A DNA stretch of 64,000 nucleotides from Octopus vulgaris (Eukaryota). Under the pieces are notes generated by a model. The model searched no databases. It was given only the letters and a program-made list of their open reading frames with translations, and was not told the origin of the DNA. A program made the position numbers and the translations under genes. This document shows positions 1-11,916 of this stretch, piece after piece; within the stretch, counting starts at the first letter, position 1, and each line of letters opens with the position of its first letter. The stretch lies in NCBI GenBank assembly GCA_951406725.2, contig OX597832.1, positions 51,770,001 through 51,834,000 of the forward strand, written 5' to 3'.

Positions 1-105
1 CTAAAAGAGATTGAAATGCAATAGATCGATTCTAGGGTCATAATTATGGATGACAATTTCATATGACACCGCTAGAAAAAATTGCCGTTCAAACCGAAAA
101 GATCC
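1..105. mobile_element. Right end of Merlin-like MITE (left end outside window)
   Basis: Ends GCCGTTCAAACCGAAAAGATCC, as do the complete copies at 3227-3646 and 26110-26544. Confidence 0.8.
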
Positions 106-430
106 AACTGAAGTTGTATGTGTGTGTATGGCAGGTTTGGTAGCCTTCAACTAACACTATCTCCTCCGAGACCCTGCGGCGCAAGTTGACCAAAATTGCA
201 CCATGTTAACACCAAAAATTATTTACATCAAAAAGTGCTTTTTTTTCTATGAAAATCCCTATTTTTTACGATTTTTTTACTGCTGTGTCACCATTTTTCG
301 GTGTATTTCAACCAGAAAAATGTTCACTCAAAGAGAATAACAAGCTACATAATGCAACATTTTTACTTTTCAAAAATTCCAATTCTAAAGGGTCGAAACA
401 AATCCGAGCAACGCCGGGCGATACTGCTAG
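106..430 (+). mobile_element. Non-autonomous Helitron, family 1 (5' tip missing)
   Basis: Ends CCGAGCAACGCCGGGCGATACTGCTAG (GC hairpin + CTAG); body matches 37734-38128. Confidence 0.75.
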
Positions 431-1020
431 CGGTAATTAAGACAGTTTAGTTAGTTTTACTTAATCACACGGGCCCGAGTTGGCTCATATAATATTATGG
501 CATTCTTAAGTTATGAGTACCATTCAAGTCAAGCTGGACCACGTGCATTTGTTTACATTTGAAGAAGATTGTCACTTTCCGTAAAAATTAAAAAATTTTT
601 TTTATATATGTGGGGTGGGGGTGAGGGTATCTTTTCAAGTCGGCGTAAAAGCGAGACAGAGAGCGCGCGCGAATGGATCGGGGAAGTTCTTTTGAAGTTG
701 GCGTTTCTAGAAGTTACGAGGCAACAAATCCGGGTGAGGGGAGGTCACGTGTGTAGGAATGCCATATTCCGTGGGTGTGGAGAGGAGTTTCGGAAAATTC
801 ACACGAGTTAGTTTTAGTTCCTGATTAGCTTCCAAGAAAACGTTGATTCTCTTATTGAAATTTACTACTAACACCTTTCAGACTACGTAAATTACAATTA
901 TATCGGAATTTAATATGAAAAGAAAAAAGGAGGGGGGGGGGGCTCGCATACATTCATACTGACACATGTCACGTACATCTGCAAAATGAAACTTGAAATT
1001 TCAAAGAAAAATTGCGATGC

Positions 1021-1213
1021 ATAATAATATGATATAATGAAATTATTGTATACAGTGCTCAGGTGCACCACAACTTGTCAAAAGTGCGTATAAAGCATAT
1101 GCAGTAATGTACAAATGTCTGGGAAATGAACAGTGTATGAGTCAGATACATGCTTGCGTGTGTATGGAGGGAAGAAAATCAGGTGTAAGTGTTGGCGAAT
1201 CTCAAGAAGCATG
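1021..1213 (-). mobile_element. 3' UTR fragment of CR1-type LINE
   Basis: Reverse complement of 61880-62060, including the (ATT)n tail. Confidence 0.8.
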
Positions 1214-1229
1214 TGTGCTTATTCTTTTT

Positions 1230-1882
1230 CGATTAAATAAGTACCAGTTACGCACTGGGGTTGATGTAATCGACTTAATCCGTTTGTCTGTCCTTGTGTG
1301 TCCCCTCTGTGTTTAGCCCCTTGTGGGCAATAAAGAAATAGGTATGTCATCTGCCGTTACGTTCTGAGTTCAAATTCCGCCGAGGTCGACTTTGCCTTTT
1401 ATTCTTTCGGGGTCGATAAATTAAGTACCAGTTACGCATTGAGGTCGATGTAATCGACCTAATCCGTTTGTCTATCCTTGTTTGTCCCCTCTGTGTTTAG
1501 CTCCTTGTGGGTAGTAAAGAAACAGGTATTTCATCTGCCGTTATGTTGTGAGTTCAAATTTCGCCAAGGTCGACTTTGCCTTTCATCCTTTCAGGGTCGA
1601 TTAAATAAGTACCAGTTACGCACTGGGGTCGATATAATTGACTTAATCCGTTCGTCTGTTCTCTCTGTGTTTAGCCCCTTGTGGGTAGTAAAGAAACAGG
1701 TATTTCGTCTACCGTTACGTTCTGAGTTCAAATTTCGCCAAGGTCGACTTTGCCTTTCATCCTTTCGGGGTCGATTAAATAAGTACCAGTTACGCACTGG
1801 GGTCAATGTCATCGACTTAATCCGTGTGTCTGTTCTTGTTTGTCCCCTCTATGTTTAGCCCCTTGTGGGCAATAAAAAATAA
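1230..1882 (+). mobile_element. SINE family B (OR1-like), head-less tandem of about 3.5 body units
   Basis: Repeated ~175-bp units containing GCCTTTCATCCTTTCGGGGTCGAT and ending GTAAAGAAA(T/C)A. Confidence 0.85.
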
Positions 1883-2165
1883 ATACTGTTTAGGATTTGT
1901 GTGATTTTGTATCGTTTATATATCATATACAAACGTGTTATATATGTAACGAATCTTTAATGTTTGTAAATAAACAAAACTTAAAAGTTAAAAAACGTTA
2001 CTATTAGAATTGTCACCTTTAGCTGCCATTGGAACCTACAGTCATAGATTCAGTTATTCTATTATATTCAGTTATAAATTTAGTTGTGAAAACTATTTAT
2101 AAAGACAGTTAAAAATGAAATGCAATTAAATTTGTTTTCATTGATTTGGAAAATAAACATTTTTC

Positions 2166-2742
2166 GGCGACTTCCCCTCACCCACCAAAAAACCACCCTT
2201 TAAAAAAATTTCTTTTTTTTTTTCGACACAAACCCCCACTTTTCGGCTACGGGGAATACGAATCTGCAAAGAAATTGGCAAAAATCGACATTTCTAAATT
2301 ACCACCCTCACCCCAAACCCATTTCCTTCATTTTTAACTTTTTTTCAAAATTTTTTTTTTCAAAATATGCGGAAAAAAATTTCCAAAAATCTTTGTAAAA
2401 TTTTTTTTAAGAATTTTTCTTTTTTTGTAAATATGCGGGAAAATACGGACATCATGATTCGGACAAAAATTTCAAAACATTTCTATACTTACGGTTACGG
2501 TTTTGGGGTTAGGGTTAGAGTTTTAGGGTTAGGGTTAGGGTTTTAGGGTTAGGGTTAGGGTTTTAGGGAAAAAGTCAAAATTGAAGAAGTTGGAAGGGAA
2601 AGGGGAGGAAATTTTTTCACAATGCCGATTTTTGGCAATTTTCTGGAACCTCCGTATCCGAAAACGGGGATTTATGGCAAAAAAATTACAAAAATAAACA
2701 AATTTGGGAGAAAATAGGTGAGGACGGGCTGAAGTCTTCCCC
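2166..2742. mobile_element. Probable MITE with subterminal inverted repeats and internal (TTAGGG)n
   Basis: AAATTGGCAAAAATCGACATT (~2273-2293) is inverted to 2621-2641; TTAGGG/TTTTAGGG array at ~2505-2568; no clear TSD. Confidence 0.5.
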
Positions 2743-3102
2743 ATTTTTCTGCTTAAATTCCGATATAATCGTAATTTTCATATCTAATATATTATATATA
2801 CATCTTTTGTCATTTTTTATAAGATCTTGAGATGTGCTAGAAACAACAGCCAAATTAACTAAACGTTTATTTACACGAAATAAAATTACCAGAGAACTTT
2901 CATCTAACTCTTCTAAACCTTTCTGTTAAAACTGTATCGAAACCTATTAATAGTTATCGCCAAGCTAACATGGCAGTCCAGAAAAATAGGACGAATGCTG
3001 CCGTTGATTAACTCCAAGAGGCCATCGCCTCTAGCTAGCTATGTGACACATAAACCTGTGTCGATCAGGGGAGGTCAGCCGTTTCCCCTTGCTGGTCTGG
3101 CA

Positions 3103-3145
3103 GCTACAGACAAGTTTCAGGGTATTTGCCCCTTATCAATGTCGC
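3103..3145 (-). ncRNA. Minimal type-I hammerhead ribozyme-like motif (U3-A8 variant)
   Basis: GCGACA-TTGATAA-GGGG CAAATA CCCT-GAAA-CTTG-TC-TGTAGC: stems I and II, GAAA, GUC site. Confidence 0.55.
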
Positions 3146-3226
3146 ACACCACACTACATGTTAGGTGACTATTGTGTTTTGGTAACCACTTAAAATTTCT
3201 ATAAAATATCACTAAAATCAGAAATC

Positions 3227-3646
3227 GGATATTTTCGGTTTGAACGGCAGTTTTTTTAAATAATTTCCACGTAACTAAACACTTTTAAACTTCGTATACT
3301 GGTAGAATGTGTTTATAAAACATCTTTTTCTCTTGGCTTTATTGAGAAAATTCTATAGTTTGTAAGCTATTTGTTGTATTTTTTCTTCAATTTCTGCAAT
3401 TTCAACCAATCAATCACGTGTATTGAGGTGAAAACATTCTGTGCCGTATGAATATGTCCCTCGTTTAAGAAACAGATTGGGTTTATTTACATTTGTGAAG
3501 AAAAAAAGATACCCTTCCCCCCACCCCTATCCCTAACCCTAACCCTAAAACATTGAAATGCAATAGATCGATACTAGGGTCATAATTATGGGTGACAATT
3601 TCATATGACACGCTAGAAAAAACTGCCGTTCAAACCGAAAAGATCC
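3227..3646. mobile_element. Merlin-like MITE, complete
   Basis: TIR GGAT(A/C)TTTTCGGTTTGAACGGCAG; perfect 8-bp TSD CAGAAATC (3219-3226, 3647-3654); internal CCCTAA repeats. Confidence 0.85.
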
Positions 3647-3786
3647 CAGAAATCACGAACTATTCCTGGATTAAACAACAGCCTCGAAGTGGTCTCGAGA
3701 CGTGCTAAAGATAGCAGTCAAATTCCCTTTAAATTGTACTGACCATTTAAAATAAAAACCCCCACACGAGATAATATAGGCATGGA

Positions 3787-4734
3787 GGCATAGTTTCGGT
3801 TGTAGTAGCACAGATTTCTGTCGATTTCCGTAAAAAACTTTTATTTTTTTACATAAGTAATGAGAGCGAAAGAGACTAAGAGGAAGCGATTTTACGACGA
3901 GAAGGTTTCACTTTGAAGTCGGCCTGTGTGTGTTTGATGGGGTGTGGGAGACAGACAGTATGTTGTGTAAGTGAAGTGCTTCTGTTAGTGTGTGTGAAGA
4001 GACAGACATACATATACACATACACCGAGTAAAAAATTACTATGAATCGGCCATACATACATACATACACACACACACATACATAGATACATACACACAC
4101 ACATACATACATACATACACACACACATACTTACACACACACACACACACATAGATACATACACACACACACATACATGCAGACATACATATACACATAC
4201 ACCGAGTAAAAAATTACACTGAATCGACCATACATACATACACACATACATACATACACATACACACATACATAGATACATAACATACACACACACACAT
4301 ACATGCAGACATACATATACACATACACCGAGTAAAAAATTACGATGAATCGGCCATACATACATACATACACACACACATACTTACACACACACATACT
4401 TACACACACACACATACATAGATACATACACACACACACACATACATGCATACATACATATACACATACACCGAGTAAAAAATCAGTTATCTCTCTCTTT
4501 CACACATTACTCTCTCTGTCTCTTCACACACACTAACAGAAGCACTTCACTTACACAACATACTGTCTGTATCCCACACCCCATCAAACACACACAGGCC
4601 GATTTCAAAGAGAAACCTTCTCGTCATAAAATCGCTTCCTCTTAGTCTCTTTCGCTCTCATTACTTATGTAAAAAAATAAAAGTTTTTTACGGAAATCGA
4701 CGGAAATCTGTGCTACGACATGCGAAACTTCGCC
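3787..4734. mobile_element. Foldback element with ~220-bp inverted arms and internal minisatellite
   Basis: 3787-~4005 is inverted to ~4515-4734; four internal units anchored on CACCGAGTAAAAAAT. Confidence 0.75.
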
Positions 4735-4882
4735 AAAAAAAAAAACCAGTAAATATTATCAGACGAAAAAGTGTACGATTTAAGGAAGATTTGGTTGTTG
4801 TTTCTAGCATATCCCATGACCACCTTCCTTGTTTCTTTCTCACTGACAAATATTCATGTTTTTCAATGTTTTCTCCCACTTA

Positions 4883-5115
4883 GGGCGGCGAGCTGGCAGA
4901 ATCGTTAGCACGCTGGATGAAATGCTTAGCAGTATTTCGTCTGCCGTTACGTTCTGAGTTCAAGTTCCGCCGAGGTCGACTTTGCCTTTCATCTTTTCGG
5001 GGTCGATAAATTAAGTACCAGTTGAGTACTGAGGTCGATCTAATTGAGTGGCCACCTCTGTCTGTCCTTCTTTGTCCCTTCTATGTCTAGCCCCCTGTGG
5101 GCAATAAAGAAATAA
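4883..5115 (+). mobile_element. SINE family B, full monomer
   Basis: Head GGCGGCGAGCTGGCAGAA, B-box-like GAGTTCAA, core, tail AAAGAAATA. Confidence 0.85.
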
Positions 5116-5249
5116 ATATTTCCCCCCCATTAATAGCACAAATTCATTTACGGAAAGCCTATTTCTGAAAATCCCCATCAAAATGGAGAAATTCCAACTT
5201 ATGTGGGCCACCTATCGCTGACGTCCGCCAATACACACGCACACATACA

Positions 5250-5269
5250 TGTGTGTATACGTATGTATA

Positions 5270-5300
<31 letters not shown>

Positions 5301-5394
5301 ATGTATATGTGTGTGTGTATGTATATATATATATATATATATGTATAAATATATGTATGTATATAAAAATAGGGGACATGTATACATACACATG

Positions 5395-5461
<67 letters not shown>

Positions 5462-5462
5462 G

Positions 5463-5493
<31 letters not shown>

Positions 5494-5570
5494 TTATGTA
5501 TATATATGTATGTATTTATGTATGTGTATATATGTATTTATGTATGTACATATGTAGATATATGTATGTT
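5250..5570. repeat. Compound (TA)n/(ATGT)n/(TG)n microsatellite
   Basis: Direct inspection. Confidence 0.95.
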
Positions 5571-5790
5571 ATAAAATGAGATAGGGGTTGAAAATTCAAC
5601 CCACCATGGGATAATATATATCCAATATACTGCTAAACATACTTAAATCAGTAAAACATCAACTATCATCGGATAGTTGATGTTTTACTGATTTAAGTAT
5701 GTTTCTCCATTCTCTAATTTTGTAGTTATATATATGTATGTATATATTTATGTATATATGTATATATGTGTATATATATATGTATATATT

Positions 5791-5832
<42 letters not shown>

Positions 5833-5854
5833 CGTGTGTGTATATATATATATA

Positions 5855-6245
5855 AGGAAATTGTTTCAATGCAACGTATCAGCTACTGGGAAAGACTGAA
5901 AGAATTTAAACTCTTCTCCTTAGAACGAAGGCGGGAAAGATATGCAGTGATATGCATCTGGAAAATCCTGGAAGGCCTTGTGCCAAACTTTGGCATTGAA
6001 AGTTACTCAAACTGCAGAACGGGGCGCCACTACATAGTGCCAAAGATCCCAGCATCGCCATCAAAATACAGGACCAGATACTCAACAGCTTGTGTTTCAA
6101 GGACCCACAGCTCTTCAATATCCTTCCAAAATGCGTAAGAGACCTGCATGGTGTGGATGTAAGTGTCTTTAAAACAAAATTGGATCTCTTCCTGTCAAGG
6201 ATTCCAGACGAGCCTACCTCACGGCAGAAAATACGGATGAGGGCA
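5855..6245 (+). pseudogene. CR1-type LINE ORF2 C-terminal fragment
   Basis: SYWERLKEFKLFSLERRRERY...IWKILEGLVPN, then frameshifted PQLFNILPKCVR...FKTKLDLFLSRIPDEP. Confidence 0.8.
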
Positions 6246-6780
6246 GAGGGATAGGAAAATTAAGGAGGCTCCGCCTCTACCTCTCTCTCTTCTCTCCAAA
6301 CGTTACCGGTGTTCGGCCAAGCCTGACCTGTCTTGGTTCGACTACCATCCGTGCAACAAGATCTATATTCCTCCCTGTGCCTGTCAAACCTCATGTCCCT
6401 GCCGTAAGGCTTTACTTCCACACCCGCCAGCTTAACTTAATTCGTCTTCAGTCGAAAGACACCCGTTGTATATGTCCTGTAATTTGTATTTTGTACCATT
6501 TCTCCGTTTTTTTTTCCGTCCTTGTTTTCGTATACATTCACTGCTTTCTTCCAAGGAATCTAGTGCTCTTAGCTTAATTTTTTCCTTGGGGCTGGCCACA
6601 TTGGCGCAATCTCGAGTATAACCAGCTGAAACTGCAAAGATAATCTGGAACTCGGCTGAGGAAAGAAAACTCCGAATGACGCGTCCTTGTTTTCTTTGTA
6701 TCGTCTATCTGGATGTTTTGTTGTCCCCTTTTTTGTATTTGTTTATATAGCGGCGTACGTTCACTTTGGTCTCTTATATG

Positions 6781-6892
6781 TAGGAGTGGCTTAGGAACCA
6801 CATGGTTCCGGGTTCAGTCCCACCGCGTGGCACCTTGGGTAAGTGTCTTCTGAGTGGATTTAGTGGCCGGAAACTGAAAGAAGCCCGTCGTA

Positions 6893-6923
<31 letters not shown>

Positions 6924-7138
6924 GTATGCGTGTGTATATGTTTGTGTGTCTGTGTTTGTCGCTTGAAAACCGATGCTTGTGTGTTTACATCTACGTAACT
7001 TAGCGGTTCGACAAAAGAGACTGATAGAATAAGTATTAGGCTTACAGAGAATAAGTCCTGGGGTCGATTTGCTCGACTAAAGGCGGTGCTCCAGCATAGC
7101 CGCAATCAAATGACTGAAACAAGTAAAAGAGTAAAGAG

Positions 7139-7139
<1 letters not shown>
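6781..7139 (+). mobile_element. SINE family A (OR2-like), with deletions
   Basis: B-box GGTTCAGTCCC, CCTTGGGTAAGTGTCTT, internal (TA)n, tail ACTGAAACAAGTAAAAGAG. Confidence 0.85.
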
Positions 7140-7188
<49 letters not shown>

Positions 7189-7311
7189 CATATATATATA
7201 AGTGTATATAATATATATATATATATAAATATATATAATATATATATATATATAAATCCTTAAATCCTTAAAAAATATTTTAGCCCGAAGGCCGCGGCCA
7301 TGCTGGGGCAC

Positions 7312-7381
<70 letters not shown>

Positions 7382-7669
7382 TGTGTGTGTGTTGAGTTCT
7401 ATTTCAGCCTTTACTTTGGGGGTTCCAAAGTTCGATTTCTAATAAAGATTCCTCATATTAAATTGGTAGATTACTATTGTAAGTATTTTTTCGAATATGA
7501 AAATGTTACAAGTATAATTAAAGATGGAGAAGAGAATGTTTTAAAAAATAAAAAAAGAAATTTTTATTTTTAAAACTTTTAACACCTCTTCTCCATCTTT
7601 GTTGAGTTTCTATTAGCATACGTGGTCTATAAATGCTCATTACACACCTTATACTTATGGATGCATGTT

Positions 7670-7702
7670 TGTATGTATGTATGTGCGTGTATGTTTGTGT
7701 GG

Positions 7703-7774
<72 letters not shown>

Positions 7775-7942
7775 GTATATATATATATATGTATATATAT
7801 ATACATACATACATATATATATACATACATATATATACATATACATATATATACATATATATTTATATACATATATATTTATATAGATATACATACATAC
7901 ATACATACATACATACATGCATACATATACATATATATATAT
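7670..7942. repeat. Compound (TA)n/(ACAT)n microsatellite
   Basis: Direct inspection. Confidence 0.95.
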
Positions 7943-8904
7943 CAAGATTTCTGAATGTATGAATGTTTCGTTTTTGTTACCATAGTAAAATTGACAAACC
8001 GTTTGGTTTAATTAATTAGTTTCACAATAGGAGAATATATGCAAAACAGAAAAATTACATTTGAAATAAAAAAAACTTTTATGTATCTGGGAACATAGGT
8101 CCCAAGTTCCTCTACGTTTATAACATTTAAAGACATTGATACATTACAAAACTACATTAATATACAAATCCAAAACTGATCAAAACGTGAATATGAGCTA
8201 AGAAAGAGAAAGTAGCGAAAACAGAAGCGGAAAAGTTGAAGTAAGGAAAAGAAAAAAACATCAATTCAACGCCAAGCACCTCAATTTGTCGTACAGCAAT
8301 TTATAATTAAATGGACAATTTAATGAAAATATATATAAACAAAATGAAACTCATCGAAAATATAAAACGTAAAAATAAGAGAAAATTAAAAAACATCGAT
8401 AAATACAGCGTACTCCACTGATCGTTAAAAATTTTGAGAAAAACCGTACTTCTGGTTTTAAAAACAGAGAGAAAAGGACTTAAATGATTAATGAATAGAT
8501 AGGGGTTGTCCAGTGAAAACGGAATCATAACAAGCTGAAAGTAAAAAAAGGAAGTAATTGAAAGTAAAATACTACAAACCTGAATGAATTTACACTTAAA
8601 AGAAAATCCGAGTAAAAAAAAGTCTTCTTGACACTCGACAGCTATGAGTCTTAATGTGTGTGACAGCTAAGATATAGGTAGATATATAATAGTATCGAAT
8701 GCATTATGTATAAAGCGTTGGCTTGTGTAGGTGTGCGGGGTCTTCCAAGCATTCTTTTATTATGATAGCAACACTAACATGTAATTTGCCATGTGGTTAC
8801 ACACACACACATACCACACCACACACACGAACATGCACAAAACTAGTTTCAGCTTCAGAGGTGTGGCCATGCTGGGGCACCGCCGTTAAATATATATGTA
8901 GATG

Positions 8905-8942
<38 letters not shown>

Positions 8943-8989
8943 ATTAAACACAAATACACATATAAACATATAAGTTATCTTCATGTGTA

Positions 8990-9030
8990 CATACATACAC
9001 AAACACACACACACACACATACACACACAC

Positions 9031-9063
<33 letters not shown>

Positions 9064-9201
9064 CATTCATACATACATACATACATACATACATACATTC
9101 ATACATACATACATACATACATACATACATACATACATACATACATACATTCATACATACATACATAAATGCATACATACATTCATACATACATACATAC
9201 A

Positions 9202-9237
<36 letters not shown>

Positions 9238-9245
9238 TATATAAA
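8990..9245. repeat. (ACAT)n microsatellite
   Basis: Direct inspection. Confidence 0.95.
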
Positions 9246-9353
9246 TATAAAGGGCTTTGTATGATTGTGTATAGAGGGATATATATTCTTCAAAGCAATT
9301 CCAACTCTGTTTTTTATGTTTTATTTATATTTTTTATAATAATAATGTAGAAT

Positions 9354-9785
9354 ACTCTTTTACTCTTTTACTTGACTGCGGCCATGCTGGGGCACCGCCT
9401 TTTTTTTTTTTTTTAGTCCAGCAAATCGACCCCAGAACTTATTCTTTGTAAGCCTAGTACTTATTCTATCGGTCTCTTTCGCTGAACCGCTAAGTTACAG
9501 GGACGTAAACACACCAGCATCGGTTGTCAAACGATGTTGGTGGGGGGGCAAACACAGATACAAACATACATACACACACACACACACATACACCCAGAAA
9601 CCCCCCCCATATATATATATACGAGGGCTTCTTTTAGTTTCCGTCTACCAAATCCACTCACAAGGATTTGGTCGGCCCGAGGCTATAGTAGAAGACACTT
9701 GCCTAAGGTGCCACGCAGTGGGACTGAACCCGGAACCATGTGGTTTGTAAGCAAGCTATTTACTACACAACCACTCTTACGCCTA
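9354..9785 (-). mobile_element. SINE family A, full length
   Basis: Matches 51794-52193 on the reverse strand. Confidence 0.9.
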
Positions 9786-9975
9786 TATATAGAATATATA
9801 GTATAAATAGTATATGTAGTAAAATGAAATGAAGTATTGATTGTCTTATTGAATAGATGAAATACTGAATATAAAATATTAAGGGAGTCTTAATATCAAA
9901 GCAGTCTTCAAGGTCCCAGGTTATGACAGTATATATATATATATCTATATATATATATCTATATATACATATATC

Positions 9976-10052
<77 letters not shown>

Positions 10053-10163
10053 GGCCTGCTCGCTTAGCAAACGGGGTGGCGCCATTCGAAGGCTAAAACA
10101 ATGCGAACACATTGTGACCAGCGATGTGTGACTACATCTGATGGACTGGTCGGTCACGTGATC
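10053..10163 (+). mobile_element. 3' part of SINE family D
   Basis: Matches 57494-57605. Confidence 0.75.
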
Positions 10164-10650
10164 ACATGATATATATATATATACATACATATAAATGCAT
10201 ATATGAATGTGTGTGTGTGTACTGAAACAGGAACTCTAGGATGTGGCACTTCATTCTAGGGCAGGTGTCAACTATATTCATGTTGACATGTACACACATA
10301 CACACACTTAAAAATGTATGTATATATAAGTGTGCGTATAACACCTGCCTATGGCTGTATCTAACTACATATATATATATATATATATATAAATACACAT
10401 ACATTCATATATTTAAACATTTATAAGTGTGTGTGTGTGTGGTGAGAGAGTATAAATATATGAATGTGTGTATGTGTGTGTTTATATATGTAGTTAGATA
10501 CATGCATAGACAGGTGGTATACAGACTGATAGATAAAAATTGTTTGGGTTTTTTTTTTTCAGATCTAATTCATGGTTCAAAAATATTACTCCCCAATCCA
10601 GTATTTTCTTGCAAAATGATATATGATTACATACATGGAATACAGATCAC

Positions 10651-10686
<36 letters not shown>

Positions 10687-10756
10687 GCGCGCACGCATGC
10701 ACACACACATATATGAGCAGATACATACATACATATATACACACACACATATATAC

Positions 10757-10796
<40 letters not shown>

Positions 10797-10832
10797 TTGT
10801 GATCATCGTGACCGACCAGGCTATCAGGTGTT

Positions 10833-11080
10833 ATAATAATAATAATAATAAAAACATTGTGTACAGTGCTCAGGTGCACTACAACTCATCTAAAGTGTAT
10901 ATATAATCAGGTGTAGTTTCGGCGGATTTCGGAAAGCATGAGGGCCTTAAAGGATGCAGTGTCATGGCAGTCAACAACTGACGCAGGCAGTTTATTCCAT
11001 GCTTCAGCAACTCTGAGCGTGAAAAAATGTTTCCGAAAGTCATGAGAGCTGTGTTGTTTTCTGACTTTGTAGGCATGTTT
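10833..11080 (-). mobile_element. CR1-type LINE 3' fragment nested in a family-D SINE fragment
   Basis: (AAT)n tail and GTACAGTGCTCAGGTGCAC shared with 1050-1068; the flanks (10805-10832, 11081-11105) are contiguous family-D sequence. Confidence 0.7.
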
Positions 11081-11243
11081 TTGCTACACATCGCTGGTCA
11101 CAATGCATTATCTACTGATTGCTCTAATCAAAATTTATTGGTCTCAATCTTTATTAGCAAATAAATCTGTGAAAGTACAGAAGTAAAGTCAGCAGCCTGG
11201 GAGTGCGAGATACCTTAGTCTTTGTTCAGGCATCTCTCTAGAA

Positions 11244-11566
11244 CAGGGTTTCTCAACCCCATTTTTTAAAAATCTATGGACCCCTTTGAGTACTGTTCTA
11301 TTTTGGTGGACTCCCATAGCCATTCAGTGTTTAAAAGCTAGTTTTATAGAAACTTCTTTGAAATTTCTATTTTGTTTTTCACCTGTGTAGGTTGACCCAT
11401 GTAAAATGCCAGGAAAAGAAACCTAGCAGTTTTTTGCAATACATACCAATAAATTAAAAGCAAAATTTTTTCAGGGGTCCTTTAAATGTTTTTGTTGATC
11501 TCCAGTTTAGTATTTTGTTGTGTAGGCCCCATAAAATCTTATATGGACCCTAGTTGAGAACCCCTA
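11244..11566. mobile_element. hAT (Charlie-like) MITE
   Basis: CAGGGTTTCTCAAC...GTTGAGAACCCCTA; 8-bp TSD CTCTAGAA. Confidence 0.8.
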
Positions 11567-11574
11567 CTCTAGAA

Positions 11575-11879
11575 CAGTGGTTCCCAAAGTGGGCTGTATT
11601 GGCAACCCCCTGGGGGAGAGGTGGAAAGTTCCAAGGGAGTGTTGAAGAAAAGTGGGGCGATAATGGGGTAGTGATTCATGTAAAAAGTGGGGCAATAATG
11701 GGGTAGTTATATAAAAACAACAAAATAATGGGTTCATTAGGTTAACTTTTGTTTATTAAATACAGTTGCTTTGAATTTGCTTCAGAAAGTGGTCTATGTT
11801 TGTGATGGTTAGTTGGGGCACTAGGAATGTGACCTGGGTGTCAAGAGGGCGACAGCCTGAAGAAGTTTGGGAACCACTG
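11575..11879. mobile_element. hAT (Charlie-like) MITE
   Basis: TIR CAGTGGTTCCCAAA...TTTGGGAACCACTG; flanks CTCTAGAA/CTCTCAAA. Confidence 0.8.
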
Positions 11880-11916
11880 CTCTCAAAGGATAGCGCTGAT
11901 GTACAATTGTGACTTT

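Noticed and set aside
640-810. CpG-rich patch with CACGTG as a promoter (similar patch at 49050-49260)
   Set aside because: No linked gene or exon can be supported from sequence alone
2505-2568. True telomere
   Set aside because: Short, degenerate and internal to a repeat element
4020-4485. Constant anchor with variable spacers resembling CRISPR
   Set aside because: Spacers are homologous microsatellite runs
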